A stretch of DNA of 64,000 nt, from contig CAWALK010000015.1 of NCBI GenBank assembly GCA_963782915.1, forward strand, positions 1 to 64,000, given 5' to 3'. The translations under genes were made by a program, and so were the position numbers. Source of the stretch: an uncultured archaeon (GTDB taxonomy: Archaea > Thermoproteota > Bathyarchaeia > Bathyarchaeales > Bathycorpusculaceae). The notes under the pieces are model-generated. The model was not told the origin of the DNA and did not search any database. It was given only the letters and a program-made list of their open reading frames with translations. Positions within the stretch are counted from its first letter, which is position 1; every line of letters starts with the position of its first letter. Positions 19,157-29,762 of this stretch are shown here, in pieces.

Positions 19157-19948
19157 CTACTCAGAGGCCACTATTTTTATTTCATATAGGTTTGGCCAAT
19201 ATTTTCCAGTTACAAACAGCCTATCTGTCTGTTTATCGTAGGCGATTCCGTTTAAAACCTCATCGTAGCCTGGTGCCTGGTAGATTCCTGTTAGGTCAAT
19301 CCAGCCTTTGACTTGCCCCGTTTGTGGGTTGATTATGGCGATTTTCTGTGTCATCCAAATGTTGGCGTATACGTCGCCGTTGATGTATTCTAATTCGTTG
19401 ATGTTTGTAACTGAATTGTTGCCATCCTTCACGCTTACTTGCCCAACAACTTCGTAGGTGGCTGGATTAAGGAAGTATAACTTTGAGGTGCCATCGCTCA
19501 TTATGAGGTTGCTGCCATCATAAGTTAAGCCCCAACCCTGAGTTGTTATGCTAAAATTCCCAAGCAAATCAAACGTTTCCACGTCATAGATAAATCCGAT
19601 GCCGTTTTGCCAAGTTAACTGCAAAAGCTTGCCATCAACTAATGTTAAGCCCTCGCCAAAGTATTCGCTGGGCAACCGAAATTCCCGTAGTACCTCTCCG
19701 CTTGTAAGGTTGACATGCCGTAAACTAGATTGCTCACCTGTGCTCTCATACAACGAGTTATTGCTGAAAACTAAGCCTTCTGTATACGCGTTGGTGTCAT
19801 GTGGGTAAGTGTTAACGATTTTGTAAGTATAGCGAATTGGTGAATCTATAGTTGAGTTTTGTGCTTGGATCCAAGCAGCCACCCCAGCGGCACCTAAAAC
19901 TACTGCAATAATTAAGATTGAGGCAGCAGCCAAGTACTTTTTATTCAT
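19157..19948 (-). CDS. Glutaminyl-peptide cyclotransferase (plant/bacterial beta-propeller type), N-terminal membrane anchor
   Basis: YPHDTNAYTEGL, FGEGLT, QLTW, GWGLT, SDG, NELEY, ANIW, VLNGIAYD and TGKYWP motifs. Confidence 0.92.
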   Translation of the reverse strand: MNKKYLAAASILIIAVVLGAAGVAAWIQAQNSTIDSPIRYTYKIVNTYPHDTNAYTEGLVFSNNSLYESTGEQSSLRHVNLTSGEVLREFRLPSEYFGEGLTLVDGKLLQLTWQNGIGFIYDVETFDLLGNFSITTQGWGLTYDGSNLIMSDGTSKLYFLNPATYEVVGQVSVKDGNNSVTNINELEYINGDVYANIWMTQKIAIINPQTGQVKGWIDLTGIYQAPGYDEVLNGIAYDKQTDRLFVTGKYWPNLYEIKIVASE

Positions 19949-20073
19949 ATAAACTTCATAGAGGCGCCCGCATTAATATGCTCAACCTAAAAACCGCAAA
20001 AGTGACGAAGCGAAACACTTAAGTGCAGAGAGAATCTAACATGTTCCTCAGACCACAAAATAGGTGAATTCAA

Positions 20074-20661
20074 TTGGCTGTAGAAGGTTTTTTCGAAAAC
20101 AAAAAGACACCAGTAGAAGCCAAAGTCGGCGACTTAACACCACAATCGAAAGCTGTTAATGTCACGGCAAAGGTAGTATCCAAAACTGAAATACGCGAAA
20201 TCCCAATGGGCAGAGACGGCTCACCACACAAAGTCAGCGATGCACTCATCGGCGACGAAACAGGTGTAGTCTACCTAACATTGTGGGACGACAACATTGA
20301 AAAAGTAAACGACGGCGACACAGTCCGTGTTGAAAACGGTTACGTAACCCTATTCAAAGGAAACATCCGTCTAAACATCGGTAAATACGGAAAACTCGAA
20401 CCAGCAGCAACACCACTCGCAGGCGAAGTTAACACAGAAAACAACGTATCAAGCAAAGCATACGAGCAAGAACGCAGACCATTCAGAGGCGGCGGCGGTA
20501 GAGGCGGCGGACGAGGATTCGGCGGCGGTGGCGGCGGCTATGGCGGTAGAGACCGACGTGGCGGCAGCGGCGGCGGTTACGGTGGCGGTCGCGATAGCAG
20601 AGGCGGCGGCGATCGACGCGGTAGCGGCGGCAGCGGCGGCGGTTACAGGCCAAGATACTAA
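20074..20661 (+). CDS. ssb: Single-stranded DNA-binding protein (single OB fold, Gly/Arg-rich tail)
   Basis: KVGDLTP...VNVTAKV...IGDETGVVYLTLWD...VENGYV...LNIGKYG; RGG-rich C-terminus. Confidence 0.88.
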   Translation: MAVEGFFENKKTPVEAKVGDLTPQSKAVNVTAKVVSKTEIREIPMGRDGSPHKVSDALIGDETGVVYLTLWDDNIEKVNDGDTVRVENGYVTLFKGNIRLNIGKYGKLEPAATPLAGEVNTENNVSSKAYEQERRPFRGGGGRGGGRGFGGGGGGYGGRDRRGGSGGGYGGGRDSRGGGDRRGSGGSGGGYRPRY

Positions 20662-20840
20662 GTTCCCATAAGTTAAAGAAAAAAGATTTTTTCTTTTTTT
20701 AATTTTTTATTTATTTGCTTTTAACCTCTTAGTTTGAGGTTCATTCATTTTTCTTTTGATTTCAGTTTTTGCTAATCAGCACTGCGGAAACCCTTAAAAC
20801 CATCCACCAGTATTTTAGCCCTTGAACTGGAGATATTGCT

Positions 20841-22214
20841 TTGGTTTCAACAGAAAAAACAAAACCAACAGTAGATGAATTGCTCGCAAAAGCCAAAAAA
20901 CCGGCTCAGCTCTCGCCCCCAATGCACAGGTACTATGAAGGGAAAATGCAGGTTATCCCCAAATGTGCCATACGAAGCGTAGATGACTTCGCCATCTGGT
21001 ACACTCCAGGCGTAGCTGCGCCATGCAGAGAAATCCAAGCTAACCCTGACAAATCATTCGAATTAACTAACCGCTGGAACAACGTCGCCGTCGTCAGCGA
21101 CGGAACCCGCGTACTGGGTTTAGGCGACATCGGTCCCCAAGCAGCCATGCCCGTTATGGAGGGTAAAGCGCTTCTATTCAAGTATCTAGGCGGCGTAGAT
21201 GCTACCGCTATTTGCTTAAACACTAAAGACCCAGACGAAATAGTCAGGGCTTGCGAACTCATCGAGCCTTCGTTTGGCGGAATTAACCTTGAAGACATTT
21301 CTTCTCCAAAATGTTTCGCAGTGCTCGAAAAAGCTGCTGAGAAGCTCCAGATTCCAGTTTGGCATGATGACCAACAGGGAACCGCCGCTGTAATATTGGC
21401 AGGCCTCATCAACTCTTTCAAGATAGTTGGCAAGAAACCCCAAGAAAGCTTAATCGCACTGGTCGGTGCAGGGGCGGCTAACACAAGAACAGCGTATGTT
21501 CTCATGCGTTGGGGCGTTAAACCCGGCAACATAATAATGGCTGACATTAACGGTGTAGTTTATTCCGGCAGACCAGACATCACCTCGGACAATCGTTGGC
21601 TCCAATACTTGGCTGATCACACTAACGCTGAAGGACGAAGAGGCGACGTAGCCGAAGCCCTCAAAGGCGTTGACGCAGTGGTTGCCGCTTCCAAGCCTGG
21701 TCCAGATACCATAAAGAAAGAATGGATAAAATCCATGGCAGACGACTCGATTGTGTTTGCTTGCGCTAACCCGATTCCGGAGATTTGGCCATGGGACGCA
21801 AAAGATGCAGGCGCACGTGTCGTCGCAACCGGACGCAGCGACTTCCCCAACCAAGTAAACAACAGCTTAGGATTCCCCGCTATATTCCGAGGCGTCTTAG
21901 ACGTTAAGGCCAAGACCATCACTGATGACATGTGTATTGCAGCTGCAACTGAGCTTGCAAGATGCGCTGAAGAGCGAGGCATGTCTGAGAATGATATTTT
22001 GCCGCATATGGATGAATGGGAAGTTTTCCCAAGAGAAGCCGTTGCTTGTGCACTAAAATCCATCGAGCAGGGTGTCGCACGCATCAAACCCAGTCGGCAG
22101 GAACTGTATGAGCGGGCATCAGCTATCATTTTGAATGCTAGGCAATCGACTGAGGCTTTGATGAAGCATGGTTTGATTAAGCAGCCGCCAAGTGACGAAG
22201 AGCTTCTTAAATAA
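20841..22214 (+). CDS. NAD(P)-dependent malic enzyme
   Basis: YTPGVA, SDGTRVLGLGDIG, PVMEGKA, NLEDI, HDDQQGT, GAGAA and TGRSDFPNQVNN motifs. Confidence 0.95.
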   Translation: MVSTEKTKPTVDELLAKAKKPAQLSPPMHRYYEGKMQVIPKCAIRSVDDFAIWYTPGVAAPCREIQANPDKSFELTNRWNNVAVVSDGTRVLGLGDIGPQAAMPVMEGKALLFKYLGGVDATAICLNTKDPDEIVRACELIEPSFGGINLEDISSPKCFAVLEKAAEKLQIPVWHDDQQGTAAVILAGLINSFKIVGKKPQESLIALVGAGAANTRTAYVLMRWGVKPGNIIMADINGVVYSGRPDITSDNRWLQYLADHTNAEGRRGDVAEALKGVDAVVAASKPGPDTIKKEWIKSMADDSIVFACANPIPEIWPWDAKDAGARVVATGRSDFPNQVNNSLGFPAIFRGVLDVKAKTITDDMCIAAATELARCAEERGMSENDILPHMDEWEVFPREAVACALKSIEQGVARIKPSRQELYERASAIILNARQSTEALMKHGLIKQPPSDEELLK

Positions 22215-22288
22215 ACTCTTTTTTCTTTTAGTTTTTACGAAAAATAGTCAGTTATAACTGAAAGTTGCTTAACAAAAAATAAAGAAGA

Positions 22289-22573
22289 TTATAGTGGCGT
22301 TATCTTCACGATGTTTCTTTTTTCAAGCCTGCGCAGAGCATCGAGGCATTCGTCTTTTTTCTCGCCAGTAATGTTGAGGTTCATCATGATATCCTTCACT
22401 GATACACCGGGTTTGCCGAAGCGTTCATGTTTCTTGTAGAGATGCTTAACGATTGATTTCTCAAGTTTTCCGCAACGCCAAGTAGTGTTGCGCATCAAAA
22501 CAACAATGGTTCGAACAAGGGTTTGTTCGTTTGATTTTCTTCCACGTGGTTCTCCCAATATCTCCCCACTCAA
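22289..22573 (-). CDS. Hypothetical protein (possible winged helix)
   Basis: Basic 94-aa ORF with VSVKDIM...LDALRRLEKRNIV. Confidence 0.6.
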   Translation of the reverse strand: MSGEILGEPRGRKSNEQTLVRTIVVLMRNTTWRCGKLEKSIVKHLYKKHERFGKPGVSVKDIMMNLNITGEKKDECLDALRRLEKRNIVKITPL

Positions 22574-22644
22574 CCTTTTTTACGGCAGAAAGTCTTTTAA
22601 ACATTTATTCCATAGTTGAGTATCAGCGCTTATTCTCTTGCTAT

Positions 22645-23092
22645 TTACAGGGCTTTTTTGAGGTATAACCCATGTTTTTTGCCGTAATATCTATCAAGTT
22701 TGCCAATTGTTTGATAACCCAGTTTATGATAGAGTTTAATAGCGGAGTGGTTATCTTCGCGGACTTCTAAGCGGCATTCATTTATGCCCCGCTGTTTTAG
22801 CAAATTCTCGATTTCACAAAGCAGCAGTGGTAGCTACGCTTTTATGGCGATAGTCTGGAGCTACGTTTAGGGTTATTATGTGGCCAAAATCGGTGTCGTC
22901 GGTTTCTACTTGAGCAATAACAAAACCCGCGATGTCGGTGCTGGTTTTAGCGGTTAAGGCGATGGTGTTGTAGTCAGTCAGTAAGTACGCAATCTGCCTT
23001 TTGGAGAAGGCTTCCTCGTCGAAGCATTGTTCCTCAATTTTGCAGAGTGCATCGAGGATTTTGATGGTGGCGGTTTCGATTTTGACTTCCAT
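22645..23092 (-). CDS. rimI: RimI/Ard1-like N-acetyltransferase (frameshift ~22825)
   Basis: IEEQCF...GHIITLNVAPDYRHK, continuing in a shifted frame as LEVREDNHSAIKLYHKLGY...YYG. Confidence 0.8.
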
Positions 23093-23129
23093 ACTTCTGG
23101 TCTTGATAGGTATATCAGCGGTTCTGTTT

Positions 23130-24192
23130 TTAGTTTTTTCCATTCGTCGCCGGCTTGATTATTACCGGTTTTAGTTCAAGGTACTGTTGGGATGCAAAAC
23201 CCGCGAAGAAGCGGAACCACAACGTTATGATTCTTGTGAGTATGGTGGCTGTTGCGCTGAGTGCCGGGTCAACGCCCATGGCAATGTAGAGCGTAGTCAT
23301 TGTAGCTTCTGGGATGCCCACCTCAAAGGGTATTCCCACTGGGATAGCTTTTACGGCTAAAACAATGGCTGAAGTTATTAGGATTATACCCCACGATACC
23401 GGTTGACCTAAGGATTGGAAAACAAGGTACGGCACGGCTAAACTGAAAAACCATGTTACGCCAAGGTAGAGCAGGGATTCTGCGACGGGTTTTACGTTAT
23501 GGCGGTACTCTGTCATGGAGTCGTGAAAGTGGTCGGTGATTTCGATTGCTTCATCTTTGAATTTGCCAAGACCCCATTTGCCCCTTGAAATTTTGCACAC
23601 AAAATTCGTTGCCCAATTGATGGCTTTTAGCATCCAAGTCTTCTTGAATGCCAGAATCGTCATGGCTGCTGTTACAGCGGTGATTGCTACGGCGACGAAG
23701 ATTATGAGGTTAAAAACCATGGTGTCAACTTGGCCATCAACCGTTAACAGCGCTATGCCGGCGATGAGGATGATAACGTTCATGGTCATGCCCAATAGGC
23801 GATGCATGAAAAGCGACGCCATAGCTTTGCCAAATGAGCCGCATTGATCTCTTGTTACTAGGTATGCGCGTGTTAATTCGCCGCTGACGGATTCCGCTGG
23901 GATGACGATGTCAACGTACAATCCGTACCAGACGTAGAGGAATGCTCGTTTGAGGCTCATTTTGATGTTGATGTGACTGGAAAGTGTATGCCAAGACGCC
24001 GTGAAGAAAAAGATTTCCAGCAAGCCGCATAGGATAGCGGCTGAGTATAATGAGCGGGTTTGCGGTTTGTGCGGTTTGGATGATTCCTAGGAGGTCTACG
24101 TTGAAGAGGTAGATGTAGAGGAAAAAGCCGACTATGCCAAGCAGCGGGAACAGTACTGTTTTCCATGTGAAGTTGAGTTTAGGCGGTTGCAA
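23130..24192 (-). CDS. UPF0104 flippase-like membrane protein (frameshifted at N-terminus)
   Basis: IVIPAESVSGELTRAY, PVGIPFEVGIPE and TRIITLWF; multi-TM. Confidence 0.85.
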
Positions 24193-24284
24193 TCAGTCCT
24201 TGCACCTGATGTTGGGGAGATGGTACTTGGCTGGCGATTATATACTTTGTCCAAATCCGAGCAATCAATAAAAATTGTGCACTT

Positions 24285-24380
24285 GCCCTCTGTAGCCTAT
24301 CCCCCTCAACTTATAGGCTCCAAAGGCATGTTGAAAGCCTCTACCTGCCTCAGAGGTACCTCCCCCTCCCTTATATAAAG
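24285..24380 (-). repeat. Dispersed intergenic repeat, family A, short copy
   Basis: Reverse complement TTATATAAGGGAGGGGGAGGTACC...GAGCCTATAAGTTGAGGGGGATAGG. Both boxes are present, about 64 nt apart. Confidence 0.6.
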
Positions 24381-24453
24381 CAACAAAGCAAACTTCAACT
24401 CTGTGCAGTCTGCAAATAGATAACTTTTAAGCGTAAACTGACAGTTAATTCGG

Positions 24454-25149
24454 TTGAGGCTAAACTGCTTGAAAGTCTTCCAACGCCCCGGACCAATAAA
24501 CACAGACGAAACCCTAAGCATCCTACAAAACGCAATGCAGCAACTCGAGTATCTAGTCGTTGCCTCCGTCACAGGCGACAGCGCCGTCAAAGCAGCAGAG
24601 CGCATAAAGAACCGCAAAATCGTCTGCGTCACCTGCCCACAGGGGATGTTTTGGGAAGTCAACGCCATGAACGCTGACCTCTTCGACAAAATCCCCGAAT
24701 TAAAAGCCAGGCGCGACGAATGGCAAAAGAAGAAGCTTGAACGGGTACCCCTAAGCATCACAGACGAGAACAAAGTAAAGCTAAAAGAATTGGGCGTGGA
24801 AGTTGTCCGCGGCACCATTCCGCTGTTTGGTCCAAGCTTTTCGATGCGTTTGCATCTGCGCAAAACCACCTCACTTGATATCGTCGCTAAAACGTTGGAG
24901 TTGATTTCGCCTGGCACCTTGGTATGTATGGAAACTGTGTTGATGGCAACCGATGCAGGAATTATCCCTGAAGGCGAGTTGGTCTACGTTTGTGCTGGGA
25001 CAGAGATGGGTTTAGATACCGCCTGGATTGTGCAGAGTTCTGCTTCCGCAAACATGTTCCACCCCACCAAAGGCTTCCGTTTTGTAGAGTTGCTATGTAA
25101 ACCGGGGTTGGCGATGGCTCCGAGCATAAACATCAACTACCTAAGGTAG
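24454..25149 (+). CDS. Pyruvate kinase C-terminal-like (DUF1867-type) protein
   Basis: FQRPGPINTDETL, LVVASVTGDSA, VCMETVLMATDAG and GTEMGLDTA motifs. Confidence 0.75.
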   Translation: MRLNCLKVFQRPGPINTDETLSILQNAMQQLEYLVVASVTGDSAVKAAERIKNRKIVCVTCPQGMFWEVNAMNADLFDKIPELKARRDEWQKKKLERVPLSITDENKVKLKELGVEVVRGTIPLFGPSFSMRLHLRKTTSLDIVAKTLELISPGTLVCMETVLMATDAGIIPEGELVYVCAGTEMGLDTAWIVQSSASANMFHPTKGFRFVELLCKPGLAMAPSININYLR

Positions 25150-25304
25150 ACATGTGGAAAAGAGCGCTTGCATGTTTGGTATGGCTGCAAAGTGTTGGTT
25201 GTTCTGTGGGTTTTTAAGGTTAAAGCCCATATGTCGAAGGTAAAAGGATATATCTCTTAAGCAATCCTGTTTCTTTTCACGTTTAACGGCTATAAGGCGA
25301 AACT

Positions 25305-26213
25305 ATGGATTTAAAGCAGCAAATCCAAAATCTCAAAAAAGAGAAAAAAGCCATAATATTGGCTCACAATTATCAACGTCCTGAAATTCAGGATATAGCT
25401 GACTACGTCGGCGACAGTATCGAGCTAAGTCGCAAGGCAATGATGGAAAAAGACGCTGAATTGATTGTTTTCTGCGCCGTTGACTTCATGGCTGAATCGG
25501 CTGCTGTCCTTAACCCTGCCAAGAAGGTGCTCTTGCCCTGTACAGGCGCACGGTGCCCAATGGCACAGATGCTAACGGTTGAAGAGATAAAACGAGCCAA
25601 AAAACAGTACCCCGGCGCTCCAGTAGTCCTCTACGTTAACACTTTAGCCGCATGCAAAGCAGAAGCAGACATATGCTGCACAAGCGCCAACGCCGTAGAA
25701 GTCGTAAATTCCCTTAACGCCGACACCGTACTATTCGGTCCAGACAGCAACCTAGCGCAATATGTTGCTGAGAAAACAGGCAAAAAAATCATTCCCATCC
25801 CACAGAACGGTTTCTGCCCAACACACCTCTTATTCCAACCTGAAGACGTAAAAGTCCTAAAGATGGAACATCCAAACGCTATAGTTATAGTTCATCCCGA
25901 ATGCAGCGGTGAAATGCGTGCAGTCGCAGACTTCATCGGCAGCACCTCAAAGATGTGCAAATTCGCCAAAGAATCAACCGCCAAAGAATTCATCGTCGGA
26001 ACCGAAGAAGGCATCATGCATCGCCTCCGCAACGAAAACCCAACCAAAATCTTCTACCTCGCATACGACGGCGCAATCTGCCCCAACATGAAACTAACAA
26101 CACTCGAACGAGTCTACGCAGCCCTCAACGAAGAAAAGAACTTAGTTGTGGTTCCTGAAGCAGTCGCCAAAAAAGCATGTGCCTCATTGGAACGCATGTT
26201 TAAAGTGAAATAA
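25305..26213 (+). CDS. nadA: Quinolinate synthase
   Basis: ILAHNYQ, GDS, FMAES, CPMA, YVNT, CCTS, HPEC, GST, GTE and CPNMK motifs. Confidence 0.95.
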   Translation: MDLKQQIQNLKKEKKAIILAHNYQRPEIQDIADYVGDSIELSRKAMMEKDAELIVFCAVDFMAESAAVLNPAKKVLLPCTGARCPMAQMLTVEEIKRAKKQYPGAPVVLYVNTLAACKAEADICCTSANAVEVVNSLNADTVLFGPDSNLAQYVAEKTGKKIIPIPQNGFCPTHLLFQPEDVKVLKMEHPNAIVIVHPECSGEMRAVADFIGSTSKMCKFAKESTAKEFIVGTEEGIMHRLRNENPTKIFYLAYDGAICPNMKLTTLERVYAALNEEKNLVVVPEAVAKKACASLERMFKVK

Positions 26214-26217
26214 ACGG

Positions 26218-26625
26218 TTAAACCGTTACTATCATTGATTTGAGTATTTTTACTCCTTTTCTTGTTGCTAACTCATCGCTTAAATGGCGTATTTCTGAGC
26301 CTTTGCCTTTTACGGCTATGACTTCTAAGCAGTCATGTTCGCCCAAGTGAATGTGCATCGTGGATGAGATGAGTTCTTGATGGTGATGCTGTGACTCGGT
26401 TAAGTCGCTGTCGAGTCCCCTTTTCTCGTGATCGTAGACCATCAAGATTACACCATTTTGGTTAGCTTCTTCTTCCTGTAGCCACTTCCGTTCAGAAACG
26501 AAGAGGCGAACGGCGTCTTGTATTGCTTTGCTGCGGCTGTCATACCCCATTTTGCCTATGATGTCGTCGAAGTCTTTGAGTAAATCTGGTGGAAAAGTTA
26601 CGCCTACTCGGACAATTTTGGACAT
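26218..26625 (-). CDS. nikR: Nickel-responsive transcriptional regulator (RHH + ACT)
   Basis: RVGVTFPPDLL...SRSKAIQDAVR...YDH...QH...STMHIHL...CLEVI. Confidence 0.9.
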   Translation of the reverse strand: MSKIVRVGVTFPPDLLKDFDDIIGKMGYDSRSKAIQDAVRLFVSERKWLQEEEANQNGVILMVYDHEKRGLDSDLTESQHHHQELISSTMHIHLGEHDCLEVIAVKGKGSEIRHLSDELATRKGVKILKSMIVTV

Positions 26626-26674
26626 TTATGATCACGCTATTGATTGGTTGTTCTCCCTAAAAGCTTTTAGAAAA

Positions 26675-28081
26675 TCAGGCGATTGTTTTTCGCTTCAGCT
26701 TCTTTACAGTTAGGGGAACTACAATCGTTATGATTGTTAGAATTTCCACTTTTCCAATAGTCATCGCAGCAATAATTAGCCACTTATACGCCAATGGCAT
26801 CGCCACCGATATTGACCCCATGGAAATGCCCGTTGTTGAAAGCGCAGCACCTACCTCAAACAATGCATCCTTATAGGAAATTCCAATCGTTGAGAATAGC
26901 AGGGCAAAAACCGCTAATAACGTAATGAACAGCAGGATTGCTGCTACGGCTGGAAACGTTTCAGAGGTGCCATTGCTTTTTTTGGTTTTCTTTGTTTTAG
27001 TGAATGCCAGTTTGATTTGGTGACCCGCGGCTCCTCCGACTGATAGCAGTCTTGAGACTTTGATGCCGCCAGCCATAGAGAAAGCGCAGCCGCCAATGAC
27101 CATTACAGTGGTTAAAATTGCGACTACGTTTGGGTCAAAACTTGAAAAGCTTAGATAATAAACACCTTGTGTTGATGCCATACTGGCTACGTGGAAAAGC
27201 GAATCCAGCAGGCTTATGTTTGCAACTAAAGCCACTGATACACTGGCGGCAGCAATTATGGCTGCGAACAAGGCGACTTCCATTGAAAATGCTTTCTTTA
27301 GTTTCCCTGTCAGCAGATGATAGTTGAACGCAAAGTTGACGGAGCCAAGCAGCATCATGAAGATAATGAGGATTTCAGGAACTAAGAAGAGGTATTGCTG
27401 GAACTGTTGCACGTTTGGCGAGAAGCCGCCTGAAATCATGTCAATAACAAAGGTGCCAACCGTCACTACGTCTTTGTATCCTAATGCGTAAAAGATTGCT
27501 GTAAACCCAATGATGTATGCACTGTAAATGACCAGGACTGAAACGAATGTTTTCTTATAGTTCTTGCTTAAATTGTCGATTCCAAGTGTGCCGCCCAAGG
27601 TTGGCATGGCTCGTTTGGATTGGAAAAACGCTAAAATCAAAAACACTATGCCTACCCCGCCCATTAGCTCTGTTACGCTTCTGAAAACAAGCATGCACCT
27701 TGGCAGCGCCTCTGTGTTTGCTATGAAGCTAAAGCCTGTGGTAGTGAAGCCTGAGACGCTTTCAAAATAGCTATTCGTAAACCTGTCTGCTAGGGTTGCG
27801 CTGGTAAATGGGTCGCTGTAGAAGTAGGGTATCGCGCCAATTAGAGGCAGTATCAAAAAAGCCAAAAGCAGCAGGACACTGGAGGATTTCAGATTCAAAT
27901 CCTTCCGCTCACACAACGCGTTAAGCATGAAACCGCCGCATAGGAAAACAACGCAGGTTATGAAAAGCGGTATTAACTCTTGGGTTTCGTTATAGATGAA
28001 GCCCACTGCTATTGGCAGAAGCGTCAGTAACCCTGCGGTCTGTAGCAAGAATCCGAGGTTAGCGAGTATGCGCTGATTCAT
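26675..28081 (-). CDS. trkH: TrkH/KtrB family potassium uptake membrane protein
   Basis: FESVSGFTTTGFS, GGCAFSMAGGIK, FEVGAALSTTG and GKVEI motifs; start set at MNQRIL. Confidence 0.9.
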   Translation of the reverse strand: MNQRILANLGFLLQTAGLLTLLPIAVGFIYNETQELIPLFITCVVFLCGGFMLNALCERKDLNLKSSSVLLLLAFLILPLIGAIPYFYSDPFTSATLADRFTNSYFESVSGFTTTGFSFIANTEALPRCMLVFRSVTELMGGVGIVFLILAFFQSKRAMPTLGGTLGIDNLSKNYKKTFVSVLVIYSAYIIGFTAIFYALGYKDVVTVGTFVIDMISGGFSPNVQQFQQYLFLVPEILIIFMMLLGSVNFAFNYHLLTGKLKKAFSMEVALFAAIIAAASVSVALVANISLLDSLFHVASMASTQGVYYLSFSSFDPNVVAILTTVMVIGGCAFSMAGGIKVSRLLSVGGAAGHQIKLAFTKTKKTKKSNGTSETFPAVAAILLFITLLAVFALLFSTIGISYKDALFEVGAALSTTGISMGSISVAMPLAYKWLIIAAMTIGKVEILTIITIVVPLTVKKLKRKTIA

Positions 28082-28182
28082 CAGGCTATTCTTTTGTGGG
28101 CTTGAGAGTTTAAGGTTTGCGAAAATCAAATGACCTATTTGTTTTGAAAAGCTTTTATCCATCCCTTGGCAAGTTGTGGTTG

Positions 28183-29071
28183 ATGTCAGGCAGAGAATTT
28201 TACCAAGACCGTTACCGGCAATTAGACTGGACACTCAAAGAGGTTCAGCTACGGCAAGCCATCCGAGTGAACAACTCAAACGCTAAGGGCAAAAAACTAA
28301 TCGAACGCCTAGCAACTTTAGGTGTGCCCCTAGAAAAAATATCCTTTCCTAGACTCCGGTTACTGGGTGGGGGAATCCAAAGTTTCCGCAGGCGCAACCG
28401 CCGAATACCTTTTGGGATTATACTCCATTCAGGAGGCAGCAGCGCAGATTCCAGTCTCGCTCTTCAGCGAAATAAAGAACAAGAAAGTGCTTGACATGGC
28501 AGCGGCACCCGGCGGCAAAACCACGCAACTCGCCGATGTCATGGAGAATACGGGTGCAATCGTGGCTTTGGATGTTGATAAACGGCGTTTGAATGCACTT
28601 TCGAATCATCTGGAACGTTGCCACGTTGCCAACACAGCAGTTTACATGTTAGATGCAAGGAATGCTCAGAGTTTAGGCATGAAATTCGATAGGGTACTGC
28701 TTGATGCTCCCTGCAGCGGCAACTATGCAGCTGACCGCAACTGGTTCAAAAACCGAACGCTCAAAGACATTGAACGCAACGCCGCAGTACAGCGAGACCT
28801 ACTCACCAAAGCAGTCGAATGCCTGACCGACAGCGGCGAAATAGTTTACTCTACATGTTCTCTTGAACCTGAAGAAGACGAATTTAACATGGATTGGGCC
28901 ATAAAAAATCTTGGCCTGCAAATCGAAAAAATCAACTGCTACGGCCAAGCAGGATTAACAAACATCTTCGGCAAAGTACTCGACCCAACCGTCATGCGCG
29001 CCAAACGTATCTGGCCCGACCAAACACAGGGCTTCTTCGTGTGCAAACTTAAACGGAGGCAAACAACTTGA
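28183..29071 (+). CDS. RsmB/NOL1/NOP2 family RNA m5C methyltransferase (frameshift ~28345)
   Basis: IRVN, IQEAAAQ, LDMAAAPGGKT, LLDAPCSG and YSTCSLEPEEDE motifs. Confidence 0.92.
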
Positions 29072-29541
29072 AGGCACAAGTAATCGCTAATTTCGCCACA
29101 ACATTCGGCATAGAAATCGGTTTAAACCCCGCGTTAATCGTGGAGAAAACAGGGCGCTATTACCTAGTTAACCCTTCCTTAAAACCGCTGGTTAAACCCG
29201 ACTTCTTCTACGCAGGCGTTTATTTGGGCAAAGCCAAGGAGGGCAAGTTTTTCCCCAGCTTCAATTTGCTTTCTATGTTTGCGAAGAGGGATTCAAACCG
29301 TATAGTCGTTGACAGAAAGACTGCTTGGCTGTTTATCTGCGGAAGGGATATTTTGGCAAAGAGCATTTTGCATGTTTCTGGTTCAGGGAAGAAACATACG
29401 AACGTTCTGGTGCTTAATGAGTTCGGTGAATGTTTAGGTTTTGGCAGAATTGTTGGAAACATGACCGATAAAGCTCGACCAGATGAACTTGCAGTTAAAA
29501 ACGTCTCTGATGTTGGCGATTTTCTGCGCAGAGAGCGTTAA
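29068..29541 (+). CDS. Nip7-like PUA-domain ribosome biogenesis protein
   Basis: YAGVYLGK...FFPSF, WLFICGRDI and NVSDVGDFLRRE; overlaps the Nop2-like gene. Confidence 0.8.
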   Translation: MKAQVIANFATTFGIEIGLNPALIVEKTGRYYLVNPSLKPLVKPDFFYAGVYLGKAKEGKFFPSFNLLSMFAKRDSNRIVVDRKTAWLFICGRDILAKSILHVSGSGKKHTNVLVLNEFGECLGFGRIVGNMTDKARPDELAVKNVSDVGDFLRRER

Positions 29542-29762
29542 AGCTGTTTTTTCTAGTTATTTGACTAGTGATACTCCGTTTTTGAGCATTATTTTTCAGC
29601 CCAAAACGCCCCCTGATGGGCATACACTATTTCAGGTTTTCATCAAATACTTGAACATTTATCTATGCCAAAGAGGCGATAAACTTATATATGTTTATGT
29701 TTAATCTGTTTTCCATAACATATGGAGAGCAAGCCAAGCAGATTACAAGGAGAATTTGATAC

